Source: Candidatus Hadarchaeota archaeon (GTDB lineage Archaea > CAYQAE01 > CAYVLA01). From it: a stretch of 11,423 nucleotides of DNA. Location of the stretch: NCBI GenBank assembly GCA_964452145.1, contig CAYVLA010000108.1, positions 1 to 11,423 on the forward strand, read 5' to 3'. The translations under genes were made by a program, and so were the position numbers. Below the pieces are notes generated by a model, which ran no database searches, had not been told where the DNA came from, and saw only the letters and a program-made list of their open reading frames with translations. Numbering within the stretch: the stretch's first letter is position 1; every line of letters begins with the position of its first letter. This document shows positions 7,609-11,423 of the stretch, piece by piece.

Positions 7609-8820
7609 CTAGGCTCCGCGCGTCGTAGCGACCTGTTTATAGAGCTTCCTCTTGACCATTATGGTCCAGAGAAGAGACGTGCAGACCAAGAGGGAGGCAG
7701 CCACGCCGATCCACTCGGCTACGTACATCCAGAGAAGGGCCCGCTCCTTGGCCCTTATCAGCTGCCGTTCTATGTGGCTGAACTGGGTCAGGATGGCCGA
7801 AAGCCCTTCCATGGCCTCTTCATAGCGTCCCTCGAGATACTGCTTCGAGACCCATGCGTGCTGGTTTTCAACCTCTTCCAAAGCCTTGACAGCCTCTGCG
7901 GGGTTGGCTCCGAAGCGCTCCACGAAATCGAGCACAGCAAGGGTCGCCAGCCTCCTGTCTCGGTATTGGACGAAGGTAGATCTAAGGGCATGGACAAGGT
8001 TCAGATCCTGGGGGTAGGGCAGGTCGGAGATGTAGAAGAGCTGGTTGAAGATGTAGTCAATCAGGTAGGTGTAGTGGAGCCGAGCATCGTTGGGGATGTT
8101 GTCCCAACCATGACCGAGTTGGAGGGTGAATCCCCTGCCGTAGGTGGAGGTGACCATGCAGAGCGTCTGCCTTCCCTTCCAGACGGCTTCCACAGTTGCT
8201 CCCTGCCTTGGGACCATGTCACCGTGGTGCCCCTGGTTCAGCGCTACCGATTCCAGACCCGGGACCCCGAGGGGGCCCATCCTGTTCATGACCTGGTAGT
8301 GGGTGCGACCCGAGGATGCTGGGAAGTCGTTCATAACGACATCCGCCGGAAAGACCTCGTAGAACTGGAGCGCCATCCACCGCGGGATATCGTTGGTGCC
8401 TCCCCAGTTGACGTACTCGATGAGCGCAAGCCCCATTCCATTGGATATGTCGGACTGCAACCAGTCCAAGAAGGAAATCGGAATGACCCTGGGAGTGAAG
8501 TCCTCAAACACCGAAACATCGTATCCCTTGGCCAATTCGGCCTGGCTGCGTGGCAGGTAGATCCTGGCGAATCGTCTCGCCTCGGCTTCGGAGATCCATT
8601 CTACGTCCAAGGGAATTCGGTTAAGAACGAACTGGGGCTCGGCCGCGATCCACCCCAGAAACAGGATGTTGGTGCTGGCAACCTCCCCAAGGAACAGAAC
8701 TCGCACCCTGCCGGTCTGAGGATCGGTCCGGGATGAGAAACAGGCTGGCAGTATCCCTGCAGTCAGCAGAGAAGCCAGGAGCAATCGTGCGATCCTGCCA
8801 GAGATCGAATCCCCTACCAT
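7609..8820 (-). CDS. Secreted/membrane-anchored hypothetical protein, possibly class-I glutamine amidotransferase-like (GATase1-like) fold
   Basis: ATG 8820 chosen because the longer ORF runs through tRNA-Ala. N-terminal signal-like segment RIARLLLASLLTAGILPAC; alpha/beta domain (RVRVLFLGE, YDVSVFED, LCMVTSTYGRG); helical stalk; C-terminal TM helix with basic tail VKRKLYK. The fold call is inference. Confidence 0.7.
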   Translation of the reverse strand: MVGDSISGRIARLLLASLLTAGILPACFSSRTDPQTGRVRVLFLGEVASTNILFLGWIAAEPQFVLNRIPLDVEWISEAEARRFARIYLPRSQAELAKGYDVSVFEDFTPRVIPISFLDWLQSDISNGMGLALIEYVNWGGTNDIPRWMALQFYEVFPADVVMNDFPASSGRTHYQVMNRMGPLGVPGLESVALNQGHHGDMVPRQGATVEAVWKGRQTLCMVTSTYGRGFTLQLGHGWDNIPNDARLHYTYLIDYIFNQLFYISDLPYPQDLNLVHALRSTFVQYRDRRLATLAVLDFVERFGANPAEAVKALEEVENQHAWVSKQYLEGRYEEAMEGLSAILTQFSHIERQLIRAKERALLWMYVAEWIGVAASLLVCTSLLWTIMVKRKLYKQVATTRGA

Positions 8821-8848
8821 GATCACGGACCCTTCCGAGGCGAAGGGA

Positions 8849-8979
8849 TGGACCGAGCGGGAGTTGAATTCGCGCAGGTCCGGACCTCCGGGCCTGTCCC
8901 GCGGCCCCCGCCTCGCGCTCGCCGAGAGGCAAACCTGCCTGCTCAAAGGCGGTGCTCTACCGGGCTGAGCTATCGGCCC
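8849..8979 (-). tRNA. tRNA-Ala(CGC) with two introns: 33/34 (8945-8918, 28 nt) and 53/54 (8897-8869, 29 nt)
   Basis: Acceptor GGGCCGA/TCGGTCC with G3:U70 and A73; D stem GCTC/GAGC; anticodon stem CCGCC/GGCGG; T stem GCGGG/CCCGC with loop TTCAACT. Both inserts have a perfect 4-bp BHB central helix and 3-nt bulges. No encoded CCA. Confidence 0.92.
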
Positions 8980-9006
8980 ATCCGAAGGGGGTCCGGCCCA
9001 ACTCTC

Positions 9007-9013
9007 TTAAATA
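9007..9013 (-). promoter_or_regulatory. TATA box for tRNA-Ala
   Basis: TATTTAA on the minus strand, 27 nt upstream of tRNA position 1 (8979). Confidence 0.6.
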
Positions 9014-9028
9014 TCACCTTTGGGCTCA

Positions 9029-9559
9029 CTACTCGCCTTCGAACTCTACCAGGGTGACGACCCGGTAGCCTTCCAGCCTTTCCCTGCCTTTCAGATCGGG
9101 GAGATCGACGACGAAAGCCACAGCCACGACCTCACCCTTGAGCTGCTCGACCAGCTCGATGGCGGCCTTTATCGTGCCCCCCGTGGCGATGAGGTCGTCC
9201 ACCACCAGAACCCTCTCCCCCGGGTTCACTGCATCCACGTGCATTTCCACGGCATCGAGACTGTACTCGGTCCGGTATTCCTTCCTGATCGTCTTGTAGG
9301 GGAGTTTGCCCGGCTTCCTGACCGGCACGAAGCCCGCGCCGAGCTCCAATGCCAGGGGTGCACCGATTATGAATCCGCGGGATTCTATGCCGACCACCAC
9401 GTCGATGCCATCATCCACGAAGATGGACGCCAGTTTCCTGATAGCGTAACTGAAGGTCGCGTGGTCCTTGACAAGGGTGGTGATGTCCCTGAACATCACC
9501 CCTTTCTTGGGGAAGTCCGGCACCGTCCGGATGGCCCGCTTGATGTCTTCGACCTTCAT
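9029..9559 (-). CDS. apt: Adenine phosphoribosyltransferase
   Basis: IRTVPDFPKKGVMFRDITTL, GIESRGFIIGA, VRKPGKLP and PRPP motif VLVVDDLIATGGT. ATG 9559 follows GAGG; 176 aa. The longer ORF-track start overlaps tRNA-Ile. Confidence 0.95.
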   Translation of the reverse strand: MKVEDIKRAIRTVPDFPKKGVMFRDITTLVKDHATFSYAIRKLASIFVDDGIDVVVGIESRGFIIGAPLALELGAGFVPVRKPGKLPYKTIRKEYRTEYSLDAVEMHVDAVNPGERVLVVDDLIATGGTIKAAIELVEQLKGEVVAVAFVVDLPDLKGRERLEGYRVVTLVEFEGE

Positions 9560-9642
9560 GGTCCTCAGACGGGCCATGCCCCGGTTCCTTATAGCTATTC
9601 CCTGATGGGGAAGGAGCCGTATGTCTGGTGAAGCGGGAGCAC

Positions 9643-9656
9643 GACAAATTTTTATT
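9643..9656 (+). promoter_or_regulatory. BRE-TATA promoter of tRNA-Ile
   Basis: GACAAA-TTTTTATT ending 25 nt upstream of tRNA position 1 (9682). Confidence 0.6.
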
Positions 9657-9681
9657 GGCATGACAGGACGAGCGTGCGCGA

Positions 9682-9778
9682 GGGCCCGTGGCTCAGCTTG
9701 GTTAGAGCGTTCGGCTGATAACCGGATGGTGTGCGGATCACCAGGGATAGGTCCGGGGTTCAACTCCCCGCGGGCCCA
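9682..9778 (+). tRNA. tRNA-Ile(GAT) with a ~22-nt intron near 43/44 (9727-9748)
   Basis: Acceptor GGGCCCG/CGGGCCC with A73; D stem GCTC/GAGC; anticodon stem TTCGG/CCGGA with loop CT-GAT-AA; T arm CGGGG-TTCAACT-CCCCG. An extra hairpin TGGTG/CACCA lies between the anticodon stem and variable loop AGGTC. No encoded CCA. Confidence 0.9.
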
Positions 9779-9836
9779 CTTACGTTTGGGTTCAGAACCG
9801 AGACATTAATAAGGGCGAGATACACTACACCTCTCG

Positions 9837-11168
9837 ATGGTTCCACCCAAGCTTGAGGCCACCCAGACAGAGAAACAGCCACATGGTGTCAGGAACAGAA
9901 AGAGCAAGCACGCTCATCTCTTCAGGGACGACGATGTCGGAAGATGGTACGAGAACGTTGGGAGGGGGTCCAACGTCACGGCCGACATTTACCTCCGCAG
10001 GCTAGGCAGCTTCTGCACCACACACAAGACATCACCAAGAGAGATAGCATCACTTGACGACCAGAACCTCCACAACCTGCTGCTCGACTTCGTCACCAGC
10101 GCCGAGAAACAGGGCTACGCCGGAAGTTACATCCAGTCCACACTCAAAGCGCTCAGATCGTGGCTTGCACACAACAGAAGGCAGATCAAGACCAGAATAA
10201 GGGTCAGAGGAGCCCAGGACACACCCACACTCAGAGAGGAGAGGGTACCCACCCCCGACGAGCTCAAACGGATACTCCTATCGGGAGATAAGAAGACCAG
10301 GACGGCATGCGTGCTGGTCGCCCATGCTGGTCTTCGCCTGAAAACCCTGGGGAACTATGCTGGAGATGATGGACTCAGAGTCCGAGACCTGCCCGAAATG
10401 ATCGTTGGAGGCGGCGGAGTCGGATTTGAGAAGATCCCCACCATGGTGGTTGTCAGAAAGCCGCTCAGCAAGGCCCAGCACCAGTACTTCACCTTCCTGG
10501 GCGAGGAGGCCTGCAGCTACCTCAAAGACTACTTGGATGAGAGGATCAGGCAGGGAGAGAAGCTCACCAAAGACTCAGCCATAGTAACGCCCAAACTGGG
10601 AAGGAAACCCTTCATCACGGCAATCAACATAGGTGATGCGATCCGGCTCGCCATAAGAGGGGCTGGATTGCGATGGAGGCCATACGTTCTAAGATCCTAC
10701 TTTGACACACAGCTCATGCTGGCCGAGTCCAAAGGCCTTGTTCTGCGTGACTACAGGTCGTTCTGGATGGGACACAAAGGTGACATAGAGGCAAGGTACA
10801 CGACTAACAAGTGCGTCCTACCAGAGAACGTAATAGAGGATATGCGGGACTCGTACAGAAAGGCCCAAGACTTCCTCGAAACCGTGGGAGTCAGAACTGG
10901 CGAGGACAAGATCAAGGAATCCTTCAGGCGACAGCTACTTATGGTGGCGGGCTTCAAGGAAGAGGAGATCGATGCCAGAAGCCTCGCCCAGGCAAGCGAC
11001 GAGGAGTTCCAATCCATGGTCAAGCAGAGGCTGTTGGGCGAGATGGTGAACAACGGCGCGGTCCAGAAGGTAGTCGGCGTGAACGAGGTTGAACGCTACA
11101 TAGGCGAGGGCTGGGAGTTTGTGGCAACCCTCCCTAACGGAAAGGCCATCCTGAAACTGCCATCCTGA
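9837..11168 (+). CDS. Site-specific tyrosine recombinase/integrase (443 aa)
   Basis: N-terminal core-binding helices (TADIYLRRLGSFC). Candidate catalytic residues R167 (HAGLR), K212, Y283-x-x-R286 (PYVLRSYF), H313 (WMGH), Y321 (IEARY). TATA-like TTAATAA at 9806-9812. Confidence 0.9.
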   Translation: MVPPKLEATQTEKQPHGVRNRKSKHAHLFRDDDVGRWYENVGRGSNVTADIYLRRLGSFCTTHKTSPREIASLDDQNLHNLLLDFVTSAEKQGYAGSYIQSTLKALRSWLAHNRRQIKTRIRVRGAQDTPTLREERVPTPDELKRILLSGDKKTRTACVLVAHAGLRLKTLGNYAGDDGLRVRDLPEMIVGGGGVGFEKIPTMVVVRKPLSKAQHQYFTFLGEEACSYLKDYLDERIRQGEKLTKDSAIVTPKLGRKPFITAINIGDAIRLAIRGAGLRWRPYVLRSYFDTQLMLAESKGLVLRDYRSFWMGHKGDIEARYTTNKCVLPENVIEDMRDSYRKAQDFLETVGVRTGEDKIKESFRRQLLMVAGFKEEEIDARSLAQASDEEFQSMVKQRLLGEMVNNGAVQKVVGVNEVERYIGEGWEFVATLPNGKAILKLPS

Positions 11169-11213
11169 ACCACGACACCCTCCTCCCCACGACCCCGGAG
11201 ATGCTCAACGCAT

Positions 11214-11423
11214 CTACTCCTCAACCTTCCCGTAATAGATCTTGGAGCCGTCCCTCCACTTGTACAGAAACCTCTTCTCGGCTTCAAGCCTCACCTGCAG
11301 AACCGTACCGTCCCGGGTTCGAATCTCCTTCTCCGGCCACACGGGAACAATCCGCCTTTTTGGCCTACCCGCCTCATCAACGACGAACACCTCGCCCGCC
11401 GGTCCGTAGCGCACGACCACCCC
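11214..11423 (-). CDS. Hypothetical protein, C-terminal part (probably truncated by window edge)
   Basis: Frame open to the window edge; beta-rich charged sequence ending KIYYGKVEE*; convergent with the integrase. No family recognised. Confidence 0.55.
   Translation of the reverse strand, partial: GVVVRYGPAGEVFVVDEAGRPKRRIVPVWPEKEIRTRDGTVLQVRLEAEKRFLYKWRDGSKIYYGKVEE

Larger units (their letters stand above)
9779..11423. mobile_element. Left end of a probable tRNA-targeting integrative element (extends beyond window)
   Basis: Tyrosine integrase starts 58 bp after the tRNA-Ile 3' end. By eye the region is more A/C-rich on the coding strand, with many AGA/ACA/ATA codons. The second att copy is not visible in the window. 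Confidence 0.7.

Noticed and set aside
7576..8736. 386-aa plus-strand ORF
   Set aside because: Antisense to a gene with coherent signal peptide/TM architecture; mirror-frame composition, no promoter.
8740..8757. Lipoprotein lipobox (GILPAC)
   Set aside because: Pro at -2 does not fit [LVI][ASTVI][GAS]C, and the protein already has a C-terminal anchor.
8849..8979. tRNA-Ser(TGA) with a canonical 37/38 intron
   Set aside because: No BHB helix at 37/38 (TTTG versus AGCG), no long variable arm, and G3:U70 with A73 identifies Ala.
9020..9631. 203-aa plus-strand ORF
   Set aside because: Antisense shadow of apt.
8821..9809. N-terminal extensions of ORFs 7609..8946 and 9029..9763, and small ORFs 8848..9057 and 9621..9809
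   Set aside because: They read through the two tRNA genes.
11310..11328. T-arm-like GTCCCGGGTTCGAATCTCC, 15/19 identical to tRNA-Ile 9751-9769, as a possible second att site
   Set aside because: The stem pairs poorly, the acceptor 3' strand is not matched, and it lies inside an ORF; att repeats are normally near-exact. Revisit only if no true repeat is found downstream.
1..11423. CRISPR array, IS element or rRNA
   Set aside because: No regularly spaced repeats, transposase motifs, terminal inverted repeats or rRNA-like sequence seen by eye.

Overview
GC-rich archaeal chromosomal segment. TATA/BRE promoters, probably leaderless genes, tRNAs without encoded CCA and BHB introns at non-canonical positions suggest Thermoproteota/TACK (inference). 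Left to right: the 3' end of a FAU-1/DUF402 ribonuclease; a PurM/HypE-like AIR-synthase-family gene; a small helical hypothetical followed by a Pol-beta-type nucleotidyltransferase; a leuC-leuD-leuB-like operon divergent from a TrmB-family regulator, with palindromes between them; a DUF373 membrane protein; a secreted/membrane-anchored hypothetical; tRNA-Ala(CGC) with two non-canonical introns (33/34 and 53/54); apt; tRNA-Ile(GAT) with a ~22-nt intron near 43/44; and, immediately after it, a tyrosine integrase marking the left edge of a probable integrated element that runs off the window. The main points of interest are the double-intron tRNA-Ala, whose unspliced gene reads as a Ser(TGA) anticodon, the integrase beside an intron-bearing tRNA, and a candidate TrmB-controlled LeuCDB-like module whose dehydrogenase has NADP-type residues. 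All family calls come from motif recognition by eye; no searches were run.
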